Shown: positions 27,357 to 36,666, numbered from the stretch's first letter. The stretch is 64,000 bases of DNA from Candidatus Berkelbacteria bacterium (GCA_037140515.1 JBAXEI010000003.1:300-64299), one strand, 5' to 3'. Notes: generated by a model not told the origin, from the letters alone. Translations and numbers: made by a program.

Positions 27357-27953
27357 TTACTCTTCGCTTGTTTCTGTTTCAGATTTGACGCTCTTTGCTG
27401 TAATGCGTAGAAGTGTCTTGCTGTGACCTGGGATTGCTCCGGCGATCAACATCATATCTTTGTTGATATCGACAACTTTCAAGTTACCAATAGTAACTGT
27501 ATCACCACCGAGACGACCGGCCATTCGACGACCGAGAACAACACGCTGTGGCTGCTGAGCACCAATAGAACCTGGTTCTCTCACATTGTTACCACCGTGG
27601 CCCTCAGGACCTCTCTTGAAGCCATGACGCTTGATAGTACCAGCAAAACCTTTACCTTTGCTAGTTCCTGTGACTGTGACGAAATCTTCAGTATCAAATT
27701 CGATCTTGATTTTCTGATCGACTTTGTATTTTGTACCGTCAATTGCATCAAATTCGCATGACTTGATGTCTTTTACCTTTTCACCGTCTTCAGTATAAGC
27801 TTTGACTTTCAAAGCGCTATAACCGTCGACTTCTTGTGTTTTGATCTGTTCGACTTTCATAGGAAAAAGTTTCACCATTGTTACGGCGATATTTTTGCCA
27901 TCTTTGTCGAAGACTCTTGTCATACCCATTTTTTGTGCAATTGCGAATTTCAT
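27357..27953 (-). CDS. rplC: 50S ribosomal protein L3
   Basis: Conserved uL3 sequence (…GHGGNNVREPGSIG…). Confidence 0.95.
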   Translation of the reverse strand: MKFAIAQKMGMTRVFDKDGKNIAVTMVKLFPMKVEQIKTQEVDGYSALKVKAYTEDGEKVKDIKSCEFDAIDGTKYKVDQKIKIEFDTEDFVTVTGTSKGKGFAGTIKRHGFKRGPEGHGGNNVREPGSIGAQQPQRVVLGRRMAGRLGGDTVTIGNLKVVDINKDMMLIAGAIPGHSKTLLRITAKSVKSETETSEE

Positions 27954-28141
27954 GATGTTCTTTATATCTAATCGTTAATGAATGAATTTTGGGAGAATAG
28001 TTATTACTTTCTGATTCTCCCGAGCTTGTGATGCATTTGCATCGGAATTGGTGGATGAGTCAGGTATGTCTCCTGCTTGTTGGCAATGTTCTTGCCATTC
28101 GGAACGTTCCGACCCTCATCCTTGGACATGTGCCCAATAAC

Positions 28142-28218
28142 TGGTGGGCGTAGGTGGATTCGAACCACCAACTAAATCCTTGTTAGGGATTTGCTCTAGC
28201 CAATTGAGCTATACGCCC
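28142..28218 (-). tRNA. tRNA, 77 nt with encoded CCA. The anticodon loop CUAACAA reads as anticodon AAC (tRNA-Val with A34, unusual). The isotype needs tRNAscan-SE confirmation.
   Basis: Reverse complement GGGCGTA-TA-GCTC-AATTGGCTA-GAGC-A-AATCC-CTAACAA-GGATT-TAGTT-GGTGG-TTCGAAT-CCACC-TACGCCC-A-CCA. The acceptor stem is a perfect 7 bp, the D-loop has GG, the T-loop is TTCGAAT, and A73/A35/C36 fit Val identity. Confidence 0.75.
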
Positions 28219-28721
28219 CAGACTGATAAACAGTCTGGAAACTCAAGCCTCGATGACTTCAACTGCGGCCGCTGGCTTTTTGCAGGGGCTCTCAGGACAT
28301 CACGGAGGCTCTTGAGACACACTTATTTCAATCATGAATTTCACCAATAGAGAATGAAATATCGATGAAGGTGCGAAGCGGGATACTACCGCTAAGCTAA
28401 GTATGTCCCGAACAGCAAACGCTGTTCGTTGAAAAACTTTTTTGTAAAATGTACAAATTATTGAATTTAATCAATCTATCTGTACATTTGCACAAAACAA
28501 TAAATAGTCGTAGATCCGTCCGATTCAGCTTCCGCTGACCGAGATGATATCCATGACCTGCCTATTGAGAATAAATTGTTCTCAATCTACAGTTATAATC
28601 TACTATATTTTCAGAATAAAGTCAACGTCTTAAACCATAGTATCGACAGATGACGGACTGAGATCGTATTTGGTTTCCCATTTACTCACTCAGCCCGTCC
28701 TCATCGCTATAGTTCAAGCGC

Positions 28722-29048
28722 TTACATCTTTATTTCAATGTCAACACCGTGGGGCAGATCCAAGCTCATCAAGTTGTCGATGGTCTTTGGAGTTGGATTC
28801 AGGATATCAATCAAGCGTTTGTGTGTTCTCATCTCAAACTGCTCACGAGCGTCCTTGTGGACATGTGGCGATTTAAGAACAGTCAGCTTGCACTTTTCCG
28901 TTGGAAGTGGAATAGGGCCGCAGACTTCAGCTCCTGATCGGACAGCTGTCTCGATGATTTGCTGAGCGCTCTTGTCGATAATTCTATGATCGTATGCCTT
29001 AAGGCGAATTCTGATTTTTTGTTTAATCGGTTGCTTCTCTACTGACAT
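28722..29048 (-). CDS. rpsJ: 30S ribosomal protein S10
   Basis: [24 protein letters not shown]... Confidence 0.95.
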   Translation of the reverse strand: MSVEKQPIKQKIRIRLKAYDHRIIDKSAQQIIETAVRSGAEVCGPIPLPTEKCKLTVLKSPHVHKDAREQFEMRTHKRLIDILNPTPKTIDNLMSLDLPHGVDIEIKM

Positions 29049-29071
29049 TGTAAAAACCTGTCTTCGCTTTA

Positions 29072-30247
29072 TTATTTGATAATTTTAGTAACTACACCAG
29101 CACCAACAGTTCGGCCACCTTCACGGATAGCAAACTTAAGACCAGCATCCATAGCGATTGGCTGAATCAATGCAACTTTAACAGTTGTATTGTCGCCTGG
29201 CATGATCATTTCCTGTTCGAAAGTGATGTCACCAGTTACGTCAGTTGTTCGGATATAGAACTGAGGTTTGTAGCCTTTGAAGAAAGGAGTGTGTCGTCCA
29301 CCCTCTTCTTTTGTAAGAGCATAAATCTCAGCTTCGAAGTCAGTGTGAGGAGTGATAGAACCTGGCTTTGCCAAAACTTGGCCACGCTCGATATCTTCAC
29401 GCTCAACACCACGAAGTAGAAGACCTACATTGTCACCAGCTTGACCTTGATCAAGTTGTTTCTTGAACATCTCAACACCAGTACATACTGTTGTTGTTGT
29501 TTTCTTGATACCAACGATTTCTACTGAATCATTGATCTTGACTACACCCTGCTCGATACGACCAGTTGCAACTGTACCACGACCTTTGATCGAGAATACA
29601 TCTTCAATTGGCATAAGGAATGGTTTGTCTAGATCTCTTTTTGGCTCTGGAATCCAAGTGTCGCAAGCGTCCATCAAAGCGTCGATAGAAGGAGTCCATT
29701 TTGGATCATCTTCACCAGCTTTTAGAGCTGAACCACGAATGATAGGAGTATTGTCACCGTCGTATTTGTATTTAGTCAAAAGTTCACGAACTTCCATCTC
29801 AACAAGGTCAATGAGTTCTTCATCGTCAACCATGTCGCATTTGTTCAAGTAAACTACGATTGATGGAACACCAATCTGGTTAGCCAAAAGAATGTGCTCG
29901 CGAGTCTGAGGCATAGGGCCGTCAGTAGCAGCAACTACAAGGATAGCGCCGTCCATCTGTGCAGCACCAGTAATCATGTTTTTTACGTAGTCAGCATGGC
30001 CAGGACAGTCAACGTGAGCGTAATGTCTCTTCTCTGTCTCGTACTCTTGATGAGAAGTAGCAATAGTAATACCGCGCTCTCTCTCTTCTGGGGCGTTGTC
30101 GATGTCGCCAAATTTCTTCTCAGTAGCCATACCTTTTTTAGCTAGGCAATGAGTGATTGCAGCTGTCAAAGTAGTCTTTCCGTGGTCAACGTGACCGATT
30201 GTGCCAATGTTTACATGTGGCTTGTTTCTCTTAAATGCTTCTGCCAT
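29072..30247 (-). CDS. tuf: Elongation factor Tu
   Basis: [14 protein letters not shown]...GVEMFKK... Confidence 0.95.
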   Translation of the reverse strand: MAEAFKRNKPHVNIGTIGHVDHGKTTLTAAITHCLAKKGMATEKKFGDIDNAPEERERGITIATSHQEYETEKRHYAHVDCPGHADYVKNMITGAAQMDGAILVVAATDGPMPQTREHILLANQIGVPSIVVYLNKCDMVDDEELIDLVEMEVRELLTKYKYDGDNTPIIRGSALKAGEDDPKWTPSIDALMDACDTWIPEPKRDLDKPFLMPIEDVFSIKGRGTVATGRIEQGVVKINDSVEIVGIKKTTTTVCTGVEMFKKQLDQGQAGDNVGLLLRGVEREDIERGQVLAKPGSITPHTDFEAEIYALTKEEGGRHTPFFKGYKPQFYIRTTDVTGDITFEQEMIMPGDNTTVKVALIQPIAMDAGLKFAIREGGRTVGAGVVTKIIK

Positions 30248-30346
30248 GAGGCTCCTTCTTACTTATTTCTTTATTATTTTTGATCAAAATTCCTACGAAT
30301 TGTAACAAATTTTGCCCTTTATTGCAATAGCGAATCCGCTAATTGT

Positions 30347-30432
30347 CTGTCATCCTGTACTGGGGCGTGAGATACGGGATCTTGTGCCGTTTCCATTAAG
30401 ATTCCTGGTCTCAAGATCAGCCAGGAATGACA
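30347..30432. mobile_element. MITE-like palindromic element, subfamily B (copy B3), inserted in the fusA-tuf junction
   Basis: TGTCATCCTGTACTGGGG...GGGATCTTG...ATTCCTGG-N12-CCAGGAATGACA. It shares termini and the GGGATCTTG core with B2. Confidence 0.5.
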
Positions 30433-30444
30433 CTCGTGAATGCC

Positions 30445-32520
30445 TTATTTCTTGCGTTTTTCGATGATACCATCAGCAACATTTCTTGGTACCTCTGCAT
30501 AGTGATCGAACTCCATCGCTGCAGCAGCTCGTCCCTGAGACATTGAGCGAAGCTGAGTCGTGTAGCCAAACATTGATGCAAGTGGCACAAACGAAGAAAT
30601 ATGCTTGATACCGTTTGGAAGGTCTTCCATCTTGTTGATTTGACCACGTTTTGAGTTTAGGTCGCCGATTACGTCACCCATGAAGTCTTCGGGAGTAGTA
30701 ACTTCGACTTTCATCACAGGCTCAAGAATGATAGGGCTGGCTTTTCTGAAACCATCCTGGAAAGCCATAGAAGCTGCGATTTTGAAGGCGATTTCCGATG
30801 AGTCAACCTCATGGAACGAACCATCATAAACTTCAGCTGAAATGTCTACAACTGGATAATTGGCGATAACACCACGGGCCATAGCTTCTTTGATACCTTC
30901 TTCGATAGGCTTGATGTATTCTCGAGGAATCGAGCCACCAACAGTCGAATTGACAAAAGTGAAGCCAACACCTGGCTCGTTTGGCTTAAGTCTAAGCCAG
31001 CAGTGACCGTATTGACCACGACCACCAGTTTGTTTGACGTATTTACCTTCAGTAGTAACTTCGTCCTTGATAGTTTCGCGGAAAGCAACCTGAGGTGCAC
31101 CGACATTTGCTTCTACCTTGAACTCACGTTTCATACGGTCAACGATGATCTCCAAGTGAAGCTCACCCATACCAGCGATGATTGTCTGACCTGTTTCTTC
31201 ATCAGAACGAACTCGGAAAGTAGGATCTTCCTCAGCAAGACGCTGAAGTGCGATACCCATCTTCTCTTGGTCGGCCTTTGTCTTTGGCTCGATAGCAATA
31301 TCGATAACTGGCTCTGGGAAGACAATTTTTTCAAGAATAACTGGTTTTACAGGATCACAGAGAGTGTCACCTGTAGTTGTGCTCGAAAGACCAACTGCGG
31401 CAGCGATTTCACCTGCATAAACCTCGTCAACTTCCTCACGGTGGTTTGCGTGAAGTCGAACGATTCGGCCTACGCGCTCTTTTTCACCTGCTGTTGAGTT
31501 CAAAATGTATGAACCTTTGCGAAGTACACCACGATAAACGCGGAAGAAAATGAGCTTACCGACAAATGGGTCAGTAGCAACTTTGAAAGCAAGAGCAGCA
31601 AAAGGCTCGTCGTCGACTGCCTTGACCAAAACTGGCTCGTCCGTCTTAGGGTCTATGCCGTTTGCTGGTGGAATATCGAGAGGAGAAGGTAAATATGTAA
31701 CAATAGCGTCTAGAAGTGCAGCTACGATCGCGCCACGACCATCTCCACCCAAAACTGGGAAGAATTTACCGGTGAGACAAGCTTTGCGGATAGTTTCCTG
31801 AAGCTCAGCGTTTGAAAGAGACTCGCCGCCGAGATATTTCTCCATCATTTCGTCATCGTATTCGACAACTGCTTCGATCAATTTTTCACGCCATTCGTTA
31901 GCCTGCTCAAGCATGTCAGCTGGGATCTCAACTTTTTTGAGCTCATGATCCTTGTAGTCCTTGTATGTATAAGCTGTCATGTTGACGAGATCGACTACGC
32001 CGTTGATCGACTGTTCGAAGCCGATTGGAAGTTGAATTGGCATAGCATTTTTTGAAAGTCGTGCATGCATCGAATCAAGCGAGCGATAGAAGTCGCCACC
32101 TGTTTGATTGATCTTGTTGATGAAGCACATTCGAGGAACTGCATATTTGTCAGCTTGGCGCCAAACAGTCTCAGACTGTGGCTCTACGCCCATCTTACCG
32201 TCGAAAATTACAACTGCACCGTCAAGTACGCGAAGAGAACGCTCTACTTCTACGGTAAAGTCTACGTGGCCAGGGGTGTCGATGATGTTGATTCGGTGCT
32301 CTTTCCAGAAACAAGTTGTAGCCGCCGATGTGATAGTGATACCACGCTCGCGCTCCTGTTCCATCCAGTCCATAGTGGCAGCGCCTTCATGAACTTCACC
32401 AATCTTGTGAACTCGTCCTGTTGTGTACAAAATACCTTCAGTAACGGTCGTTTTACCTGCATCAATGTGGGCAATAGTGCCGATGTTTCTTACTCTTTCG
32501 AGTGGATAGTCTCGATCCAT
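30445..32520 (-). CDS. fusA: Elongation factor G
   Basis: 691 aa, [10 protein letters not shown]-domain, EF-G domains II-V. Confidence 0.95.
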   Translation of the reverse strand: MDRDYPLERVRNIGTIAHIDAGKTTVTEGILYTTGRVHKIGEVHEGAATMDWMEQERERGITITSAATTCFWKEHRINIIDTPGHVDFTVEVERSLRVLDGAVVIFDGKMGVEPQSETVWRQADKYAVPRMCFINKINQTGGDFYRSLDSMHARLSKNAMPIQLPIGFEQSINGVVDLVNMTAYTYKDYKDHELKKVEIPADMLEQANEWREKLIEAVVEYDDEMMEKYLGGESLSNAELQETIRKACLTGKFFPVLGGDGRGAIVAALLDAIVTYLPSPLDIPPANGIDPKTDEPVLVKAVDDEPFAALAFKVATDPFVGKLIFFRVYRGVLRKGSYILNSTAGEKERVGRIVRLHANHREEVDEVYAGEIAAAVGLSSTTTGDTLCDPVKPVILEKIVFPEPVIDIAIEPKTKADQEKMGIALQRLAEEDPTFRVRSDEETGQTIIAGMGELHLEIIVDRMKREFKVEANVGAPQVAFRETIKDEVTTEGKYVKQTGGRGQYGHCWLRLKPNEPGVGFTFVNSTVGGSIPREYIKPIEEGIKEAMARGVIANYPVVDISAEVYDGSFHEVDSSEIAFKIAASMAFQDGFRKASPIILEPVMKVEVTTPEDFMGDVIGDLNSKRGQINKMEDLPNGIKHISSFVPLASMFGYTTQLRSMSQGRAAAAMEFDHYAEVPRNVADGIIEKRKK

Positions 32521-32637
32521 TTCTCAATCCTTGTTATTATAGTTTTTTTATATAAATATGTAGTCGAACAAAAAAATATCCCCCCTAAATTTCTATACAA
32601 CTGTAACACAAAAAATCATTTTGTGTCAACGGCTAGA

Positions 32638-32666
32638 TTGACAAATATAGAGACTTATGCTATAAT
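32638..32666 (+). promoter_or_regulatory. Near-consensus sigma70 promoter (TTGACA-17-TGcTATAAT)
   Basis: Perfect -35 and extended -10, about 94 nt upstream of the ATG at 32767. Confidence 0.55.
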
Positions 32667-32766
32667 GAAGAGGTCGCTTCAAGAGAGCGAACAATGAATA
32701 TCACCTTTGATATCATCTTCCTTCTCTTGAGAAGGCACTTATCGAGTGAAAATTGGAGGTGAAGTT

Positions 32767-33057
32767 ATGAGAAACATCACCCTAAACGATTTATCCCAGA
32801 AAACGGGATTACATCTCAGAAATATGGGCGATCTGCTCAAAATCAAGGTTGTAGTTGATGGACCTAAGTCAGACGTATATGGAATGACAGTTGTGTCATT
32901 TCGGATGTGCCCAACCGTATGCAACCTTACACTCCACGGACAAATGGGCGAAACCCTTTGGCTGAGGAGAATTTCCGAAATATCGTGGGCATGGGAGTTC
33001 CAAACTCCTGAAATAGATAGCCACATAGAAGTAACAAATATCAACTTCTACTTTTAG
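32767..33057 (+). CDS. Hypothetical protein (96 aa)
   Basis: GGAGG RBS 7 nt before the ATG at 32767. It has its own promoter. Confidence 0.5.
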   Translation: MRNITLNDLSQKTGLHLRNMGDLLKIKVVVDGPKSDVYGMTVVSFRMCPTVCNLTLHGQMGETLWLRRISEISWAWEFQTPEIDSHIEVTNINFYF

Positions 33058-33134
33058 CATCATGACGTCGTCTAGTACCAAAATTCTAGATGGCGTTTTT
33101 TTATTGCAAAAATTCCAATTTGAGCTCGATATCA

Positions 33135-33163
33135 TTGACAATTTAACGTGGTAGTGGTATAAT
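33135..33163 (+). promoter_or_regulatory. Near-consensus sigma70 promoter (TTGACA-17-TGgTATAAT)
   Basis: Upstream of the lipoprotein gene. Confidence 0.55.
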
Positions 33164-33215
33164 CTAAGCATAAGTGACGATTAGCCAATATGAATCGCAC
33201 TCGAAGGAGAGAGAA

Positions 33216-33743
33216 ATGAAAACTCTCAATATTTTAACCTTAGCCTTTGGGCTTATGATAGTCACTCTAATGAGCGGCTGTACTAGCCCGAATGGGCCAG
33301 TTACTCCAGCAAATGTCTGGAACAACTACCCGCCAAAGATCAAGGCGGTCTATGTCAATCTCGAAGCCAGCATGATTACAGTGGACTTTGAGCCGTATCC
33401 AGCTGATGTAACTATCAAAGGCTGGTGCATTATACCGGGCGACAACAATATCCGACGACAAATCCAATTTGTCGAACCGGTAATCCATGGCACCGACAAC
33501 ATGACGGGAAGATCAAACTTCCTCATAGAGACCTTTGATCAACCATGGGGTTGGGAAGGCTCAGCTCTCACTCCAGGAATTATTTATAATTTCATGATCG
33601 AGGTACTATCGGCCGACGGTCGCAAAGTGTCGAAGGTCTACCAGTTTAAGGACGGCGTTGTATCGCAGATTGCGATGACTCGCAAAATGTTCGAGGAACT
33701 CATGCCCGCTCCGAAAGATGAGCCGGCTTCTGCTCCTAAATAG
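33216..33743 (+). CDS. Hypothetical lipoprotein
   Basis: Signal peptide with lipobox LMSGC (MKTLNILTLAFGLMIVTLMSGC). GAAGGAGAG RBS. Start at ATG 33216. Confidence 0.65.
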   Translation: MKTLNILTLAFGLMIVTLMSGCTSPNGPVTPANVWNNYPPKIKAVYVNLEASMITVDFEPYPADVTIKGWCIIPGDNNIRRQIQFVEPVIHGTDNMTGRSNFLIETFDQPWGWEGSALTPGIIYNFMIEVLSADGRKVSKVYQFKDGVVSQIAMTRKMFEELMPAPKDEPASAPK

Positions 33744-33754
33744 GCAACCACTTA

Positions 33755-33791
33755 AGGTGTGATTGAATTGAATCAATCACACCTTTTTTTA
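33755..33791 (+). terminator. Intrinsic terminator
   Basis: AGGTGTGATTGAATTGAATCAATCACACCT plus TTTTTTT. Confidence 0.7.
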
Positions 33792-33795
33792 TTAC

Positions 33796-33830
33796 AAAAA
33801 AAATGGTGCTGAAGAATAAACTTCAACACC
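33796..33830 (-). terminator. Intrinsic terminator, convergent partner serving the 33853-34653 gene
   Basis: GGTGTTGAAG-TTTATT-CTTCAGCACC followed by a T-run on the minus strand. Confidence 0.6.
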
Positions 33831-33852
33831 ATCGACATTATTAAATCCGAGA

Positions 33853-34653
33853 TTAATATCGGCTATTCACTAAGTAGTATTCCCCTTTAAAGAGATCTTC
33901 GTGATCAATAGCAGCAGATACATGATACCTATCAAAATGAATTCTGATAGGCTTACCGTCGTGAAACTCGCCGTGTAGCAAGCCTGTTCCTTCAATTTCT
34001 CTGTCCCAATAGCCACATATAAACATGAGTAGGTGCAAAAACAAAAACTGCTCATAATCCATAATCGCGTAGCCACTTGGCTTATCAACATAATCTTCGA
34101 ACATTCCGGTCTCACTGGCTGCCAGAACCCACCCAGTCAGGGGAGCCCTGCATTTGTCCGAAAATTTTGAATCTCTCTTTTTGGCATGAAAACTCGCGCT
34201 AAAGAGAAAAAAGGCTGGATTCCGAGGATTCTTACCAGCTGTATATAAGTCCTTTGCTGGATTTTCACCGATATACTGACTCGGCAAGTATATTGGGTAG
34301 ACGCTCTGCCTTGCATAGCGAGTCAGAAACTCAGGCGTCCACCATGAAGGACATGCTGGAACTTGTACTGGCAGATCGGTCATCTTGAATAATCTGCGCC
34401 AGCCAAACTGAACCATCCGCCGATCATCTGAGAGCAACAACTCTTTTAGATCGCTAATCCCCTCAACCTTGCAAAACTCATCATTGATCACACATTGACC
34501 TGCCATGAGCAACGACTCGATTTCAAGTTCGGTACGCTTGCCTTCGAGAATCAGCTTGCTGATCGCATGATAGTTCTTCGTGAATCTGAGCAGGAGCTGA
34601 TCTCGCTCAGATGCCTCTTCGTCCTCTACTTTCTTTTTCTTTGTGTTCTCCAC
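33853..34653 (-). CDS. Hypothetical protein (266 aa, Trp/Cys/His-rich, no recognisable domain)
   Basis: Long ORF with its own terminator and a K/E-rich N-terminus. Confidence 0.55.
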   Translation of the reverse strand: MENTKKKKVEDEEASERDQLLLRFTKNYHAISKLILEGKRTELEIESLLMAGQCVINDEFCKVEGISDLKELLLSDDRRMVQFGWRRLFKMTDLPVQVPACPSWWTPEFLTRYARQSVYPIYLPSQYIGENPAKDLYTAGKNPRNPAFFLFSASFHAKKRDSKFSDKCRAPLTGWVLAASETGMFEDYVDKPSGYAIMDYEQFLFLHLLMFICGYWDREIEGTGLLHGEFHDGKPIRIHFDRYHVSAAIDHEDLFKGEYYLVNSRY

Positions 34654-34768
34654 ACTCGTTCTCCTGTACTTGCGCTACTAACGCAAGGCCGAACCGTTGC
34701 CCACATTGGGTGTCTCGACTATATAATATAATCACTAATATGGCTTTTTGTCAATCTCACTGCTAGGC

Positions 34769-34844
34769 TGTCATCCTGACTTGTTTCAGGATCCCGTCGC
34801 TATTTAAACGGTTATGAGATCCTGAAACAAGTTCAGGATGACAG
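34769..34844. mobile_element. MITE-like nested palindromic element, subfamily A (copy A2)
   Basis: TGTCATCCTGACTTGTTTCAGGATC-CCGTCGCTATTTAAACGGTT-ATGAGATCCTGAAACAAGTTCAGGATGACA. Confidence 0.55.
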
Positions 34845-34892
34845 AATAAAAAAAATACCCCTTTGACGCTAGGTCGCTGGGGTATCTGCTTT

Positions 34893-35303
34893 TCATTCAT
34901 TTTTTACACGTTCAATGTCGTATAGATACGGATTATTAGTCAGGCCACTGCCATAGTCGCTCTTGTAGTCTGCTTTCAAGGATATTTTTACCGTATCACT
35001 TGGGAGTATGTCCATTGTCTCATAGAAGTGAAGTCGTTTTCGGACAACAAGTCTCTCATCTTCAGAACCAATAACATATTCATAAATAGTGTAACTGTCA
35101 ATATTCGAGATGTCACGGTTCAAGACTTTCCATGTTTTTGCCGTTTTCACAGCAATTTGTTCATTGAAAGACTTCTCCGATGAAGTTTTCACCTGTATTT
35201 CTTTTTTGTCCTTTTCGATAAGGATAAATGACACCACACCAACAAAAACCAAAAAGATGACCATAATCATAAGTGTTTTTCGAGTCATAACGCGCCTCCG
35301 CAT
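34893..35303 (-). CDS. Hypothetical membrane-anchored protein (N-terminal TM), bracketed by MITE copies A2 and A3
   Basis: TM MIMVIFLVFVGVVSFILI. An alternative start is at 35288. Confidence 0.55.
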   Translation of the reverse strand: MRRRVMTRKTLMIMVIFLVFVGVVSFILIEKDKKEIQVKTSSEKSFNEQIAVKTAKTWKVLNRDISNIDSYTIYEYVIGSEDERLVVRKRLHFYETMDILPSDTVKISLKADYKSDYGSGLTNNPYLYDIERVKNE

Positions 35304-35396
35304 ATCCTAATATCATGTAGTCGACTTAGTCTCTGCATATATTGGATGAGATCACTATAAGATAAAAGAGTGTATTTGTCAAGATCTTAACCCTCC

Positions 35397-35503
35397 TGTC
35401 ATGCTGAATTTACCGTGCCACTCCGTAGCCTTGGCGAAGGGTGGTTTCAGCATCCCGTCGCCATTTAAACGGTTACGAGATCCTGAAACAAGTTCAGGAT
35501 CAC
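35397..35503. mobile_element. MITE-like element, subfamily A (copy A3, long variant with an expanded left hairpin)
   Basis: TGTCATGCTGAA-N38-TTCAGCATC-CCGTCGCCATTTAAACGGTT-ACGAGATCCTGAAACAAGTTCAGGATCACA. Same orientation as A2. Confidence 0.5.
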
Positions 35504-35629
35504 AAAAGAAAACAAAAATGACCCCGATTTCTCGGAGTCATTTTTTATATTTTCGGAATCAATTTTGATTAGAAACGAGCAAAGTGAGCGAAGGCTTTGC
35601 CTACAGGCCGTAGCAGCATGCAAACAAGA

Positions 35630-36106
35630 CTAAAATCTGGCAAAATGTGCGAAGGCTTTGTTAGCTTCTGCCATTCGATGTGTGTCGTCTTTCTTCTTCA
35701 TCGCAGAACCTTCACCGTTGTAAGCATTGATCAGCTCAGTAGCAAGCTTCTCGTGCATTGGACGTCCCTTAGCAGAACGAGCAGCAGCGATGATCCAACG
35801 CATAGCGAGAGTGTTTTTGCGCTCTCGGCTAACTTCCATAGGAACCTGGTAGTTTGCACCACCGATACGTTTGCTCTTCACTTCTACAAGTGGTCCAACG
35901 TTCTTCAAAGCAGTCTCAAATACGTCCATAGGCTCTGCGCTGAGCTTCTCGGCAGCTTTTTCGATACCTTGGTGAACGATTCTTACAGCGATTGTCTTCT
36001 TACCATTTACCATGATGTAGTTGATGAATTTCATCACTACTGCGCTTTGGAATTTGCTGTCAACTCCGATGTCGTGCTTCTTTGTCTTAATGTGTCCTCG
36101 TGGCAT
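35630..36106 (-). CDS. rpsG: 30S ribosomal protein S7
   Basis: MPRGHIKTKKHDIGVDSKFQSAVVMKFINYIM... Confidence 0.95.
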   Translation of the reverse strand: MPRGHIKTKKHDIGVDSKFQSAVVMKFINYIMVNGKKTIAVRIVHQGIEKAAEKLSAEPMDVFETALKNVGPLVEVKSKRIGGANYQVPMEVSRERKNTLAMRWIIAAARSAKGRPMHEKLATELINAYNGEGSAMKKKDDTHRMAEANKAFAHFARF

Positions 36107-36189
36107 AACTCTTTTTTCCTTATTCGAGTGATGATGAATAATTCTTATCGAAACGAAATCATCAGCTCTACTTATTTATAATTAAATTT

Positions 36190-36603
36190 TTATTCTTTAC
36201 CAGACTTAGCGCCGTATTTTGATCGGCTCTGTTTGCGGCCTTTTACACCAGTAAGGTCTAACTTACCGCGAACAATATGATATCGCATACCAGGAAGGTC
36301 TTTTACACGACCGCCTCTGATGATAACAACTGAATGCTCTTGAAGATTATGTCCTTCGCCACCGATGTAAGCGTTGACCTCATAACCATTTGTAAGTCTG
36401 ACACGTGCAAATTTACGAAGAGCTGAGTTAGGTTTTTTTGGAGTCATCGTACCGACTTTGATACAAACGCCACGTTTCTGTGGGCAACCAAGCTTAACCG
36501 GTCTGTTTTGAAGGTAATTAAAAGTGCTCTTCAAAGCAGTCGTCTTGGAACGCTTAGTTTGTTTTTGTCGGCTTTTTCGGATTAATTGGTTTATCGTTGG
36601 CAT
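36190..36603 (-). CDS. rpsL: 30S ribosomal protein S12
   Basis: [13 protein letters not shown]... Confidence 0.95.
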   Translation of the reverse strand: MPTINQLIRKSRQKQTKRSKTTALKSTFNYLQNRPVKLGCPQKRGVCIKVGTMTPKKPNSALRKFARVRLTNGYEVNAYIGGEGHNLQEHSVVIIRGGRVKDLPGMRYHIVRGKLDLTGVKGRKQSRSKYGAKSGKE

Positions 36604-36637
36604 AGAAATATTCGATAAGTTAATAAATTACTTTCAA

Positions 36638-36666
36638 AAGATAGCATAAAATTCATAGATTGTCAA
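36638..36666 (-). promoter_or_regulatory. Candidate promoter for rpsL-rpsG (TTGACA-17-TGcTATCTT)
   Basis: Read on the minus strand; about 28 nt upstream of the rpsL ATG. Confidence 0.4.

Noticed and set aside
28142-28218. Genomic island integrated at the tRNA
   Set aside because: No integrase, no direct repeat of the tRNA 3' end and no compositional shift. The flanks are core r-protein genes.
28144-28350. 68-aa plus-strand ORF
   Set aside because: It overlaps the tRNA gene and the non-coding spacer, it has no RBS and it is antisense to the operon, so it is spurious.
28530-28600. Possible SRP (4.5S) RNA in the rpsJ-tRNA spacer, suggested by a CAGC-GGAA-GCUG GNRA-capped hairpin next to GGUCAG
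   Set aside because: The conserved domain-IV strand (AGCAGC/GGAAGCAGCC-like) and the overall helix-8 internal-loop pattern do not match, so a cmscan result is needed before any call. I also checked by eye for RNase P, tmRNA and 6S hallmarks and found none.
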